Shown in pieces: positions 48,501 through 58,260 of a stretch of DNA of 64,000 nt (positions are counted from its first letter, which is position 1; each line of letters opens with the position of its first letter). Below the pieces are notes generated by a model. It searched no databases, was not told the DNA's origin, and worked only from the letters and a program-made list of their open reading frames with translations. Source of the stretch: Myxococcota bacterium (GTDB lineage: Bacteria; Myxococcota_A; UBA9160; UBA4427); NCBI GenBank assembly GCA_965250285.1, contig OZ252299.1, forward strand, positions 960,001 through 1,024,000, in the 5' to 3' direction. Both the position numbers and the translations under genes were made by a program.

Positions 48501-51500
48501 CGATCGTCGTCGCAGCCGGTGCCCGGTGAGCTCGACTGACCGCGCCCGAACCCGCACCCCGAGCCAGAGCGTTCGAGATCGAGCAGGTCGCTCGTCGAGC
48601 CGTCGTCGCTGCTGGCGAAGGTCGCGTCCTGCACGACCGTGATTGCACTGGGGATCGTCTCGTTGGGTTCGGGCCCTTCGTTCTGCACGCGCAGATCGAG
48701 GGGCTCGGGCACCGGCACGTTGTCGCGGGGATCGGTGGTCTCTTCGGGCGTGGCGTAGACGTAGAGGCCGAGCTGGGGCGTGTCGCCGAAGATCACCCGT
48801 GCCAGCGGGGTTTCGGGGGTCAGGGGTTCGAACTCACCGGTCGAGGGGTCGGCGACGTTCAGGTCGACGTTCTCGGCGCGCAGGGCGATCTGGTCGGAGC
48901 GGATCTCGACGAGGATCGGCGCCCCGTCGGCCGAGAAGATCTGCTCCATGTCGAGGTTTTCGCCGTCGGTGCGGGTCAGGATCGTCGTCGGAGCGGCGAG
49001 GATGGTCCGCTCGGTCGAGATCGGCAGTCGACCGGGGCTGGTGTCGGGATCGAACTCGTTGATGATCAACGAGAACGCCCCGTTCTCGCTCTCGACGGCG
49101 TAGACGCCCGGGGCCCCGTCCTCGCCCGGCGTGTCGGTGATGAACTGGGTCGCGACGTCGGGCAGCGGCGACGTCGTGGCGTCGCCGTCGATCACGAGAT
49201 TGATGTCGCCGTCCTGACGAAAGACGAACTGCTCGACCGGGGTGGCGCCTCCCGAGAAACGCACCTGCTCGTGGACGTCGATGAACGAACTGTTCGAGAT
49301 GCTGCTGGCGCCGTCGCTCGCCACCAGCCGGATCTGCTTGGCGGTGAGCGTCGTCAGGGCATCATCGGGCAGCAGCTCGAACGAGAGCTCGCCGAACTCG
49401 GCCACGCCGGCGCGGAACGTTGCGGCCTCGGGGGTCTCACCCGCGACTTCGGTCGGGCCCACGAACGCGAACTGATCGATCAGCTGCTGCGTCACTTCGA
49501 AGCTGGTCTGGCCGCCGACGTCGTAGGTGCGCACCTCGAGCTGCCTCGGATCGTCGTTGTCGTCGGTGCCCATGTCGACGGTCACGCCCGAGAAGCCCAG
49601 CAGCGCGAGGTTCGTGCGCTGCACCTTCTGGCCGCCGGCGAAGCCCAGCTCGATCCCCGCCGAATCCGATCGCAGGTTGTAATCGACGAGCCCGATCTCG
49701 TTCTCGGCGAGGTTTGCGTTCACGAACTGGTCGACGTCGGGCAGGTCGTCGTCGGTGATCTCGGCCTCCTGCCGGATCGTGAAGCTGCGGTAGGCGTCGT
49801 CGGTCGGATCGAGGTCGATCCCGAGATCGAACTCGACGCGGGTCGCCGAGTCGGCCGACGCGAGCACGCGGTTCGTCTGCGAGAAGCCGTCGGACCCGGA
49901 GATTCCACCTTCGCCCGAGCCCGCGCGCAGCACGAGGCCACTCGACGCCAGCCGGATCGGTGTGCCGTCGCCGCCGCTCTCGGTGCCGAAGATCAGGTCG
50001 CCGGCGCCGCCCCCCTCGGCGGCGTGCAGCACGAGCTGCTCGCTCGCATCGAGCGTGACCCCGTCGTTGATCCGCAGCCCCGTCTCGGTGCTCGAGACCG
50101 GGCGACGACCGGTCGCGATCGACAGGTCGTCGGTCGCGAGGCTCGCATTCGTCGCGAGCAGGGTATCGACGGTGAACCCCTGGTCGATCGTCAGGTCGAG
50201 GGCCTGGAGGTTCGCCTCGGCCCAGCTGCCGGTCGCCGGATCTTCGAGCACGATCGCCGGACGTCCGTCGGCCGCGTCGGCCTCGGCGCGCAGCTCGAGC
50301 AGTGCGCCGAAGTCGCTGCGGTCGTCGTCGGGGCCACCCGGGAAGGCGTTGCCCGCCACCTTGGTCGGGTCGTCGAGCGTGACGGTGCCGGTGATCGACT
50401 CGATCACGTAGATCAGACCGTCGAGGGCCCGGCGTGCGGCCGCCTCGTCGCCATCGATCTCGACGAAGTGCACGTCGGCCTCGAGCACGTCGCTCGCTTC
50501 GACCGTCGCGTTCTGGGCCCAGTTGAGCGAGTTGATCTTCTGATCGTTGGCGAGCGTCGGCGGGCCGTCGGGACCGAACAGCTTCACGTCGCCCGCTTCG
50601 ATGCGCGACTGTGTCTCAGAGAATCCGAGCGCCGAAGAGATGCCCGCGCTCACCTGAATGTCGATCGCGTGGATCTGCGGGCCTTCGCCGCTCGCGTTCG
50701 AGACGAAGCGCAGATCGCCGCGCACGCTGTTCGGGTTGGTCGAGCGGTTGGCCGAGAAGAGGGCGACCTCGCGACCGCGCAGCGTATGCGGGCTGCCGTC
50801 GGGCGCGGCGTTCTCGATCGTGAGCTCGCCGGCCGACTCGATCGCGATCACGCCGAACTCGGCGTTCTCGAGGGCGAGGTCGAGCTCGGCACCGGGCTCG
50901 AGCCCGGCGTCGATCGTGGCGGCCACATGGGACGTGGCAAAGGAGGGACCGTCGGGGATGTCCGTGCCCGCGCCGTTCGGGTCGACGTTGACCAGGATCG
51001 TTCCGCCGCCCGTCCGGATCAGCGGCGTCGTCGGCGACGTGCGTCCGTCGATGATGTCGACCCGACCCGACGGGTTGGCGGGCCCCTGACCGTGGGCGTT
51101 CATGAAGATGTTGCCCCCGATCGTGTCGACGAAGCCGTCGTCGTCGCGGTCGGGGTCTTCGGGGCGGGTGTCGATGGCGCCGTAGATCTCGATGGCGTTC
51201 TTCTTGTCCTGGCTCGAATCGCCGGCGCCGAGATTGCTCGACGCCTCGATCAGGACGTCGCCGCCGAGGGTCGTCATCGATCCCGTGCTCGCGAGAGTGA
51301 TGCGCCCGCCCGTCTCGTTTGCGCCGGGCGTGAGCGCGGCGTCCTCGGAAACGCGGATCGACACGAGGTCGAACGTGCCCTGGTCGGCCGAGATGTGGCC
51401 TTCGATCACGAGGTCGCCGCCGGCCGCCTCGGCGTCGAGCGCGACGATGCCGTCTTCGTGAAAGCCGAGGTCGATGTCGCCGAACAGCCGAATGTCACCG

Positions 51501-53626
51501 CCCTCGCGCGCCGTCTCGCTGCTGCCATTGCGGCGGACGTCGGCGAACTGCGCGCGTAGCGTCATGGCGCCGCCGGGCAGCGGGTCGCCGTTGTTGTCGG
51601 TGCGGCTGCTCGACGTGTCGATGTCGCCGTAGAAGTTCACGTCGCCGCCACCCGACGGGATGCCCGTGTTCGGGTCGATGGCGCCGATCGCCGCGACCAG
51701 CACGTCGCCGCCGTCGGTCTCGATCGAGAAGCCGTCCTGAAGCGTGATGTCGATGCCCTGGATGAGGACGTCCGAGCGGTTGGTCTTGATGTTGCCGTTC
51801 AGCGTGACGTCGCCGACGTAGATGTTCTCGATCTCGCCCTCGCCGGCGGGCAGCTCGGGCTGGCTGGCACTGTCGTTCGCGAGCAGCTGTACGCCGAGAT
51901 TCAGGTTCTCGAACCGCGGGTCGTTGCCGCCGCCAATATCGGCGTTGATGATGATGCTATTCGCCGCGCGCAGCTGCAGGGTGACCGACGTGTTCTCGGC
52001 CGCGGTCTCACCCGGCAGGATGTCGGACAGGACGAGGATGTCGCCGACCTGCGTGCCCACCTCGTTCGTGCCGGTGGCGGTCGTGATCGTGAGGTTGCTG
52101 CCTGAGTTCAGCGCGTCGGTGACGACCGACGCGTCGAGCAGCGAGTTCTCGGCCGCGGCGAACAGGATCGGGTTGCTGACGAAGAAGAGGTCGTCGAGGT
52201 CGACGCCCTTGTCGAGGCAGCGCGGGTCGGCCTCGCACTCTTCGGGGGTGAAGCCGAAGTCGCCGATCGTGATGTTGTACGGATCGATCAGCCAGGTGCC
52301 GGTGGGGTCGACGTCGCGCCGCACCCGGGCCGACGCGTCGGCGGCGCGGGTGATGTCGAGATAGGCCTTGCCCGACGTCTCGATGAATCCGCCGTCGCCG
52401 GCGTATTCGCCACCCCGAGCCGTGATGGCGCCGTGAATGTAGGCGTGACCGTCCGACCAGAGGATCACCTCGCCGCCGTCGCCCGCGTAGTCGGCGTCGG
52501 CGTGGATCCGCGCCGTCTCGCTCATGAAGAGCAGCTGGGCCTTCTGCATGTCACCCGAGCCGGCGAGGTCGCCACCGATACGGATGCGACCGCCGCCCTC
52601 GCTGCCGGTCGCATCGATCACCGCATCGTCGGCGATGGCGATGCGCTCTCCGAACACGTCGATGTCGCCGCCGCGGGCGTTCTTGCCCTCACGGGTCGCG
52701 TCGAGGGTGCCGCCGATCTCGACGCCACTGCCGTCGCCGCCCGCGATCTCGATGGTGCCCGCTCGGATCAGGCCTGACTCGGGCGGGGCCGCCCCCGACT
52801 CCTGCGCGATGCGCTGCACGACGCGGTTGCGGATCGCGTAGGCGAGCCCGTCGGCCGCGGCGAGTCGCACGCTGCCGCTCGGGCCGGCGTCGATCACCCC
52901 GGTGTTCTCGATGGCGGGGGTGTCGGCCGAAGTGCCCGCGTCCGAGCCTTCGGCGGGGACCTTCACGACGATCGGGCTCTCGAAGTCGCGGATCCAGACC
53001 TCGTTGCCCGCGAGCATGAGCAGCTTGCCGCCCTCGACGTAGATGTCGCCGTGGTTCGCGACGCGCTCGCCGATCAGCGCGACCTCGAAGGCCTCGATCG
53101 TGCCTTCGTTGGTGACCATGCCGTTGACCTGTTCGAAGCGCATGGTGCCGGAGAGGAAGTCGGCCTGGCTCATCTGACCCGCGGCCGCGATCAGGTTGTA
53201 CACCTGCACCGACGAGCCATCGGCGAAGTGGATGCCGGCCTCGTTGGCGAAGATGACGGTGCCGTTGCTCTTGACGGTGCCGAAGAACTGGAACGGGTTC
53301 TGGCCGCGCCCCTCGTTCAGCGCGGCGGCGTTCGCGCCCGACTGATCGAACTCGAGCGTGTGACCGCTGTGCTGCTGAATGCCGTCCCATTCGTACACGA
53401 CGCGACCCTGACTGGTGAGCGTCGTCTGATTCTGCTCGTTGACGGTGACCGCGCCCTGACCATGGGTGACCTCGACCTGGCCGATCGACGTCTGCTCCTG
53501 CGCCGCCGCGGTGGCGGCCGACATCGCGACCCAGGCGTAGAGCAGGGCGGCCGACAACGTCACGGCCCGCCGCGGCGCGGGGCGCGGTGACGGGCGGTGC
53601 TCGGTCGTGTGGGCGGTTTCGGTCAT
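45533..53626 (-). CDS. TpsA / filamentous haemagglutinin-family exoprotein (~2,697 aa)
   Basis: Signal peptide; TPS domain (G.VKSNGTVIFANEAGI.F); GGRIRIGGD, GGFIETSG, GTWLIDP; directly downstream of TpsB. Confidence 0.88.
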   Translation of the reverse strand: MTETAHTTEHRPSPRPAPRRAVTLSAALLYAWVAMSAATAAAQEQTSIGQVEVTHGQGAVTVNEQNQTTLTSQGRVVYEWDGIQQHSGHTLEFDQSGANAAALNEGRGQNPFQFFGTVKSNGTVIFANEAGIHFADGSSVQVYNLIAAAGQMSQADFLSGTMRFEQVNGMVTNEGTIEAFEVALIGERVANHGDIYVEGGKLLMLAGNEVWIRDFESPIVVKVPAEGSDAGTSADTPAIENTGVIDAGPSGSVRLAAADGLAYAIRNRVVQRIAQESGAAPPESGLIRAGTIEIAGGDGSGVEIGGTLDATREGKNARGGDIDVFGERIAIADDAVIDATGSEGGGRIRIGGDLAGSGDMQKAQLLFMSETARIHADADYAGDGGEVILWSDGHAYIHGAITARGGEYAGDGGFIETSGKAYLDITRAADASARVRRDVDPTGTWLIDPYNITIGDFGFTPEECEADPRCLDKGVDLDDLFFVSNPILFAAAENSLLDASVVTDALNSGSNLTITTATGTNEVGTQVGDILVLSDILPGETAAENTSVTLQLRAANSIIINADIGGGNDPRFENLNLGVQLLANDSASQPELPAGEGEIENIYVGDVTLNGNIKTNRSDVLIQGIDITLQDGFSIETDGGDVLVAAIGAIDPNTGIPSGGGDVNFYGDIDTSSSRTDNNGDPLPGGAMTLRAQFADVRRNGSSETAREGGDIRLFGDIDLGFHEDGIVALDAEAAGGDLVIEGHISADQGTFDLVSIRVSEDAALTPGANETGGRITLASTGSMTTLGGDVLIEASSNLGAGDSSQDKKNAIEIYGAIDTRPEDPDRDDDGFVDTIGGNIFMNAHGQGPANPSGRVDIIDGRTSPTTPLIRTGGGTILVNVDPNGAGTDIPDGPSFATSHVAATIDAGLEPGAELDLALENAEFGVIAIESAGELTIENAAPDGSPHTLRGREVALFSANRSTNPNSVRGDLRFVSNASGEGPQIHAIDIQVSAGISSALGFSETQSRIEAGDVKLFGPDGPPTLANDQKINSLNWAQNATVEASDVLEADVHFVEIDGDEAAARRALDGLIYVIESITGTVTLDDPTKVAGNAFPGGPDDDRSDFGALLELRAEADAADGRPAIVLEDPATGSWAEANLQALDLTIDQGFTVDTLLATNASLATDDLSIATGRRPVSSTETGLRINDGVTLDASEQLVLHAAEGGGAGDLIFGTESGGDGTPIRLASSGLVLRAGSGEGGISGSDGFSQTNRVLASADSATRVEFDLGIDLDPTDDAYRSFTIRQEAEITDDDLPDVDQFVNANLAENEIGLVDYNLRSDSAGIELGFAGGQKVQRTNLALLGFSGVTVDMGTDDNDDPRQLEVRTYDVGGQTSFEVTQQLIDQFAFVGPTEVAGETPEAATFRAGVAEFGELSFELLPDDALTTLTAKQIRLVASDGASSISNSSFIDVHEQVRFSGGATPVEQFVFRQDGDINLVIDGDATTSPLPDVATQFITDTPGEDGAPGVYAVESENGAFSLIINEFDPDTSPGRLPISTERTILAAPTTILTRTDGENLDMEQIFSADGAPILVEIRSDQIALRAENVDLNVADPSTGEFEPLTPETPLARVIFGDTPQLGLYVYATPEETTDPRDNVPVPEPLDLRVQNEGPEPNETIPSAITVVQDATFASSDDGSTSDLLDLERSGSGCGFGRGQSSSPGTGCDDDRRRTTLSLTSFHGDIELVPDRVFGGVIQAFIPSSIQDDPQNPDKSARFILFKGVAPVFFTESFDATSDYDWQVGSATQPITLQGADFVSLRAGGGGIGNLTFYDNVEIQSEDIRLGAFGPSNLGSSNVLLPYVDARTNAPVFNFLQPDDLPDSIRQNTNNDRFTIVQDAWVNSNRDREASSVDLTLPVQATQFINLDPQDGSTTPSLFSYTLQSNRRGIYIDDLPNIRASRFLLLANVNGFYDDDDETDDRPGLIQIDQASATATTLDVDFVDAGIDRGALIGDEIQLIAGSTPGGGDGIVDANGDVFFAANSNPGAPLLAFTIEQARSFLEAPDGNGGGAQNLPDFFQFTDGLVGVDYTLKLYQGNEVDPTIQVGVDTADKVQGTALVLEGLDSVQIDVPETLLQGLTLTSLEVREAADAADDTLTIELGSVFDMDVDDDPDTIETLIETTNEQIFDGEVLVYGNIELRGADITFGGDVLNASTDVDDSSGLDFITRGTIKFGGDVGCQLGDGSGDCRGISSEVITNELGDAITVAWSALADEDAVNDITRHWFDSIRVRFDADDGGLDAVAFDSVEDQYVFAVDTEIIAVAPSQDFANLDVEVTVIPEVSSIYKADADPEDGGEQLTFFTRDGFRVGQGQKIAVQGGFEAYSRDRVAVGDIAALDIVLDVDESIGEIDIIRRRGSSYLTPDGRRLGDAGVSFVANTFSMNVPPQLVASGRGPSLAILNPPEITDPNFTGFALTAINIENDPLVAGDFDWQFADAPIALPALHAFGPSRDDTSRTFVGDEIAPPPAPWMPSEWRVSDPRRLRELAVRPRDRTVKEWHRYLDGAGIIDDIGTDSPRRDGLVTVAQPRLLAQDAEQSIKLYERVFGVDGVRAGAVRAVLADALDRYRRSSGTRRVVGFEFRRYVKNRPSSLFDAYQIFEDLDALFDHHRALGLTPGEYRPIQADWLAQIRPDGISVDELAEAVHPSRYVRGTDILEIFGD

Positions 53627-53646
53627 CGAGTCGCTTGCAGCCTGGG

Positions 53647-55803
53647 TCAGTAGGATACGCTGAAGAGGAAGTGGAAGGTGCCCTTGGGATCGATTCGGTC
53701 TTCGTCGGGGCACACCAGCGCGTTCGACGCGCAGGTCACACGGTCGTACAGGCCGTGCCCCCAGTCGACGCGCGCGCGCACGAATCGGCCCAGGAAGAGC
53801 TCGAGTCCGACACCCGCACCGACGAGCGTCTGGTTGAGCTCGACGTTCGAGACCGACAGCTCGCGCTGATTTCGAACAGTGGCGCCCGCGTCGACGAAGC
53901 CGCGCAAGATCAGATCCCAGTCGGGGCGACCGTACACCTGCTGCGGTGAGACGCGGAAGTCGCCCACACCGGGCAGGCGCACGGGGCGCGGCCGTACGCC
54001 GAGTGCACGCGGAATGTGGAACCGGTACTCGACGCTGCCGACGTAGGTCGAGTCGCCCGCGGCGAGGCCGTTCTCGAAGCCTCGGACGCTGTAGAGGCCG
54101 CCGATCACCTGCGCTGCCTGGGGGATCAAGCGGTAGTTGAACGCGTACTGTCCGCGAAACGACACCGCGAGCTCGTGGGCGAGGGTCGAACTCCACTCGG
54201 TCGAGGGATCGCGCCAGCCGCTCGGGTTCAGCAGCGGCTCGAGGTAGTAGCTCGCGCCGGTGTCCCACTGCAGCACCGCCCACTTCTGCGACACGAGCTG
54301 TCGGCCTGTGGCCAACCTCGCCTCTTCGTCGCTGAAGTTCGTGAAGCCACCGCCGCCGCTGAACCGCGCGAAGACGCTCGAGAACAGATTGACGCGCTGC
54401 AGACGAAACCCCGCGACCGGCTCGAGGACGAGGCCGTGCCCGTTGAACGGATCCTGGAGGGATTGATTCTCGACGTTCACGCCGCGCAGGCCGATGCCGC
54501 CGAAGATGTCGACGAAGAGCGCTCGGTGCTGGAAGATGTTGTACGTGAGCTCTCCGCCGATCTGCCAGTCGTTCGTGATGACCAGCGTGTCCTCGTTGGC
54601 CTGAGCTGCCGTGTTGATCTCGGCTTCGTAGCGGCTCCAGTTGCCCTGCACGCCCCAGCGCAGTCGGTCGAGCCCCCACCACGGGATGTCGTCGCGGTCG
54701 AGCCAGCGAATCCACGCTGGCTCGCGGCGACCCTGGCGCATCCACGCCGGTCGTGCGGGCGAGAACCACGGCGCCGAGTAGGCGACGCTGATCGAGTTGA
54801 CGTTGTCGAGCCCCGCGTTCAGGTACTCGACCGAGAGCATGTCGTCGCGGCTCGTCAGCTGCGTGTTCTGGTAGCCGACGCGCTGCTGCCAGAGCGCGGT
54901 GCGGTCGGTGCCCGTGTTCGACGACGTGAAGTACGCGAGCCAGGGCTTGGCTTCGTAGACGCGGTAGTCGAGGGCGATGCCGGTCTCGTCGGCCGAGGGG
55001 CCGAGCGACGCTTCGACCTCGCGGCCCGGGTGCCGGTTGAGACGAAACACGTAGCTCTCGAGCACGTCCTCGAGGAGCAGGTCGGTGGTGTCCTCGCGGC
55101 CCGCATCGGCGGGGAAGAGCGGCGAGGCGGCCAGGATGCGCTTGTGCTTCGGGTTGTCGATCCGCCAGTCTTCTTCGATGCGCGGGCCCGTCGCGACCGT
55201 GCGGACGTCCTCGATCTGCCCGACCCAGACCTCGAGACGCAGGTCGGTGTCGCCCTTCGGGCGCAGATCGCGCTCGCTCGTCGGTTCGATCTGCTGCGGA
55301 TCGGGCAGGATGAAGATGCCGAGCAGGCCCGCTTCGCGTGTCCGCCCGAGCATGGCCTGGCCGATGCTCGCGAGTGCGCTCGCATGGAACTCGCCGTCGA
55401 CCTCGGTGAGTGGACCGAAGCGGAGCGTCTCTTCGGGCTGGCCTGGACGCGGCGCCACGTAGCCCGTCTCGGTCGGCGTCAGCACGACGCTGACCGGCAG
55501 CAGCTCGTCGAGTGGGGGCAGATCGGGGTGCGGGTCGCGGTAGCCGATCGCGAGCTTCGAGATGGCGTAGGCCGGCCCATCGCCCTCGACCGCCTCGATC
55601 GCGATGCTCGTCTCGTCCGAGGACGCCATGTAGCGCGAGGGATCGGCCACCCACTGGGCCTGCGCCGCGGTGGGATGGAACAGCGACAGCAGGATCGCAC
55701 CCGCCGCGGTCGCCCCCACCGCGCCCGCACGCACCGACCCACGGGCGGGCTTCGGCGGGGCTCCGGCGGACCGGGCCCGGGCACGGCGCTGTCGGGGGTT
55801 CAT
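53647..55803 (-). CDS. TpsB (ShlB/FhaC/HecB) two-partner secretion transporter
   Basis: Signal peptide, POTRA-like region (LNRHPGR), SNTG, GGLYSVRGF, GAGVG, terminal aromatic residue. Confidence 0.92.
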   Translation of the reverse strand: MNPRQRRARARSAGAPPKPARGSVRAGAVGATAAGAILLSLFHPTAAQAQWVADPSRYMASSDETSIAIEAVEGDGPAYAISKLAIGYRDPHPDLPPLDELLPVSVVLTPTETGYVAPRPGQPEETLRFGPLTEVDGEFHASALASIGQAMLGRTREAGLLGIFILPDPQQIEPTSERDLRPKGDTDLRLEVWVGQIEDVRTVATGPRIEEDWRIDNPKHKRILAASPLFPADAGREDTTDLLLEDVLESYVFRLNRHPGREVEASLGPSADETGIALDYRVYEAKPWLAYFTSSNTGTDRTALWQQRVGYQNTQLTSRDDMLSVEYLNAGLDNVNSISVAYSAPWFSPARPAWMRQGRREPAWIRWLDRDDIPWWGLDRLRWGVQGNWSRYEAEINTAAQANEDTLVITNDWQIGGELTYNIFQHRALFVDIFGGIGLRGVNVENQSLQDPFNGHGLVLEPVAGFRLQRVNLFSSVFARFSGGGGFTNFSDEEARLATGRQLVSQKWAVLQWDTGASYYLEPLLNPSGWRDPSTEWSSTLAHELAVSFRGQYAFNYRLIPQAAQVIGGLYSVRGFENGLAAGDSTYVGSVEYRFHIPRALGVRPRPVRLPGVGDFRVSPQQVYGRPDWDLILRGFVDAGATVRNQRELSVSNVELNQTLVGAGVGLELFLGRFVRARVDWGHGLYDRVTCASNALVCPDEDRIDPKGTFHFLFSVSY

Positions 55804-56084
55804 GGGCGGGCTCTCGACCGTGTCGATCGCGAGCCGCAGGCGGGGGGGAGTGCGGCCCGACGAGGCTTCGGGGCGGCACAGGCTAAGACACCCTGGGGCC
55901 GGCGACCACGGCTCCCAACCATTTGATTTCGAAAGCGAAGCAGTCATTCTCGACCGGCTCGGGCGGGGCGTCTGAATCGCCTCGCCGACCTCCGGTCCCC
56001 CCAGGATTTCGCACACAGGACACCGGTCGCCCGGTCTCCTGCATGGGCACCTGACAAGCAATCTTGGTTCCCTGACACTTTGGA

Positions 56085-56113
56085 TTGACGCCCGACCGGT
56101 CGGTCGGTAAATT
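56085..56113 (+). promoter_or_regulatory. Sigma70 promoter with palindromic operator in the spacer
   Basis: TTGACG (56085-56090), N17, TAAATT (56108-56113); spacer holds CCGACCG-N2-CGGTCGG (56092-56107). Confidence 0.75.
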
Positions 56114-56249
56114 TCATCGGGTTCCGGCCGCCCACTTCACGCCGCGAACACCGCGCGATCGACCGTCGTCCGAAAGTCAGGTCTCAGCGCCCAGCCGATG
56201 GGCTCGGCCACCGGGACGTCCCGACGAGACGGACACGGAGGAAGGCGAC

Positions 56250-56945
56250 ATGACCCCCGGCACCATGCCCCGCGCATCTCTGCGAGCGCCCTCCCGCGCA
56301 GGCGAGGCCTCGCGCGACAAGATCCTCGAGGTCTGCGAAGCGCTGTTTGCGCGCAGCGGCTTCGCGGGGGTCGGCATGCGCGAGGTCGCGCGCGAAACGG
56401 GGCTCAGCAAGAGCGCGCTCTTCCATCACTTCACGACCAAGCTTGAGCTCTATTCCGAAGTGCTCGAGCGCGTGCTGATCCGACTCGGCGAGCGTGCCGC
56501 GCCGGCGCTTCGCGAAGACGTCGACCCCGCCGAAGCGCTCGATCAGATCGTCGACGTGCTCATCGACTTCCTCGCTGAGGACCCTGCCACGCCGCGGCTC
56601 GCGATGCGGGCGCTCTTCGAAGACGACCCGTACGGGCCCGACCTCTCCGAACGCGACCCCGAGCCCTTCGAGGTCGCGTTGCTCGCGTTGATCGGCGGCT
56701 TCGAGGCGCTGATTCAGCGCGGGATCGCCCAGGGCCGGTTCCGACGCGTCTCGGTGCCCGACACGATCCAGAGCCTGATCGGAATGACCGTCTACCACTT
56801 CGCCTCGGGCGAGTTCGGCGAGGCGTTGCTCGGCGAATCGCTTTTCTCGACCAGCGCCGTGCGCCGTCGCAAACGAGAGGTCAAGGGCTTCGTGCGCCGT
56901 GCCGTTTTGAAGGGCGTCGACGCCGACGAACCGCCAGCTCCCTGA
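56250..56945 (+). CDS. TetR/AcrR family regulator
   Basis: ILE....LFARSGF.GVGMREVARETGLSKSALFHHF.TK.EL helix-turn-helix. Confidence 0.95.
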   Translation: MTPGTMPRASLRAPSRAGEASRDKILEVCEALFARSGFAGVGMREVARETGLSKSALFHHFTTKLELYSEVLERVLIRLGERAAPALREDVDPAEALDQIVDVLIDFLAEDPATPRLAMRALFEDDPYGPDLSERDPEPFEVALLALIGGFEALIQRGIAQGRFRRVSVPDTIQSLIGMTVYHFASGEFGEALLGESLFSTSAVRRRKREVKGFVRRAVLKGVDADEPPAP

Positions 56946-57030
56946 GCCGGCCCAGCCACGGCACGCCGCCAGGGGCGTGTCGAAGCGTGGGGATCTTCCC
57001 GACGCGCAGCCAGAGAAGGAGACCTGCACC

Positions 57031-58110
57031 GTGGACAAGATCCTTTCCGACCACCGCCGCATGCTCGGCGACTTCGAAATCGTCGACTGGGTGGACGAGG
57101 CCGACGTCGCGCACGCGCGCGCGCGCATCGACATCGACGTCCCCGTCGAGACGCACTGGACCTGGGAATACGGGAGCGAGGTCGAAGAGCTCCGCCGGCT
57201 CTACGAGAAGGGCAAGGCCGGGCAGTGGAACGCGCAGACCGACGTCGACTGGTCGACGCCGGTGACGAGCGATGACTGGCTGCTCACCCCAGAGGCGTCG
57301 ATGCTGGCGCAGGTGTGCAAGCTCGCTGGCAAGGACGAGGCCACCCAGAAGGCTGCGATGTTCGACGAGACCGCCTATCTGCTCTCGCAGTTGCTCCACG
57401 GCGAGCAGGCCGCGCTGCAGCTCTGTGGCCAGCTCACGAACGTCTGCGACAAGATGGATCAGAAGTTCTATGCGGCGAGCCAGACCATCGACGAGGCGCG
57501 GCACGTCGAGGTCTTCGCGAAGTTCCTATCCGAGAAGATGGGGCGCCTGTACCCGCTGAATCCCACCGTGAAGGTGCTGCTCGACATCCTGCTCGCGGCC
57601 GAGGGCGTCGAGAAGAAGACGCTCGGCATGCAAACCCTCTTCGAGGGCATGGCGGTGGGCATCATGGGCCTGATGCAGCAGGAATCGAAGAACCCGCTCC
57701 TCGAGGACATGCTGCAGCGGGTCGCCGGCGACGAGTCGCGGCACGCAGCGTTCGGTGTCCTCAGCATGCGGCGCGTGATGGCCCAGGCCGATCAGGGCAC
57801 CAAGGACGAGCTCGAAGACTGGGCGTTCGACATCCTCGAGACGCTGAACGCCGGGCAGCAGCTCGACATGCTGCGGATGCTCGGCCCGAAGTACGACATC
57901 GACCCCGAGATCATCACGCAGATGACACTCGCGATGCCGAACTTCGCCGAGCTGAACAGCATGATCTACATGCACACGGTGGTGCCGAACCTGAAGAATC
58001 TGGGCCTCATCACCGACCGCACCGAGTCGAAGTGGCGCGGCGTCGGCATGATGATCGACTCTCGCGGTGAGGAGCTTCGCTTCTCGGATTTCTCGCTCGT
58101 CGCCGACTGA
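57031..58110 (+). CDS. Ferritin-like diiron protein (AurF-like)
   Basis: HGEQ, DEARH, EG, DESRH diiron ligand pattern; GTG start after AAGGAG. Confidence 0.85.
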   Translation: MDKILSDHRRMLGDFEIVDWVDEADVAHARARIDIDVPVETHWTWEYGSEVEELRRLYEKGKAGQWNAQTDVDWSTPVTSDDWLLTPEASMLAQVCKLAGKDEATQKAAMFDETAYLLSQLLHGEQAALQLCGQLTNVCDKMDQKFYAASQTIDEARHVEVFAKFLSEKMGRLYPLNPTVKVLLDILLAAEGVEKKTLGMQTLFEGMAVGIMGLMQQESKNPLLEDMLQRVAGDESRHAAFGVLSMRRVMAQADQGTKDELEDWAFDILETLNAGQQLDMLRMLGPKYDIDPEIITQMTLAMPNFAELNSMIYMHTVVPNLKNLGLITDRTESKWRGVGMMIDSRGEELRFSDFSLVAD

Positions 58111-58136
58111 ACCACGCAGTCGAAGCGCGCGACCCT

Positions 58137-58172
58137 CGGCCCCGCACACCCAGGTGTGCGGGGCCGTTTGCG
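58137..58172 (+). terminator. Putative intrinsic terminator or stabilising hairpin
   Basis: Perfect 13-bp stem cggccccgcacac / gtgtgcggggccg followed by a weak T tract (tttgcgttt). Confidence 0.65.
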
Positions 58173-58260
58173 TTTCGACCGGGGGCGCTTCGGCGGTTGC
58201 TCGCGCCCCGTCGCTCCTCGATCCTCTGGCGACGCCCGCCATCGGGCGAGGAGGAAGCCA

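Noticed and set aside
45533..55803. TPS pair as a contact-dependent inhibition (cdiBAI) locus
   Set aside because: No VENN or other pretoxin motif and no credible immunity ORF after tpsA.
53627..55879. 751-codon N-terminal extension of the 3448-aa ORF overlapping tpsB (apparent overprinting or TpsB-TpsA fusion)
   Set aside because: Arg/Pro/Ala/Gly-rich shadow-frame composition expected at high GC. TpsA has its own ATG (53626) and signal peptide, and tpsB is intact in another frame.
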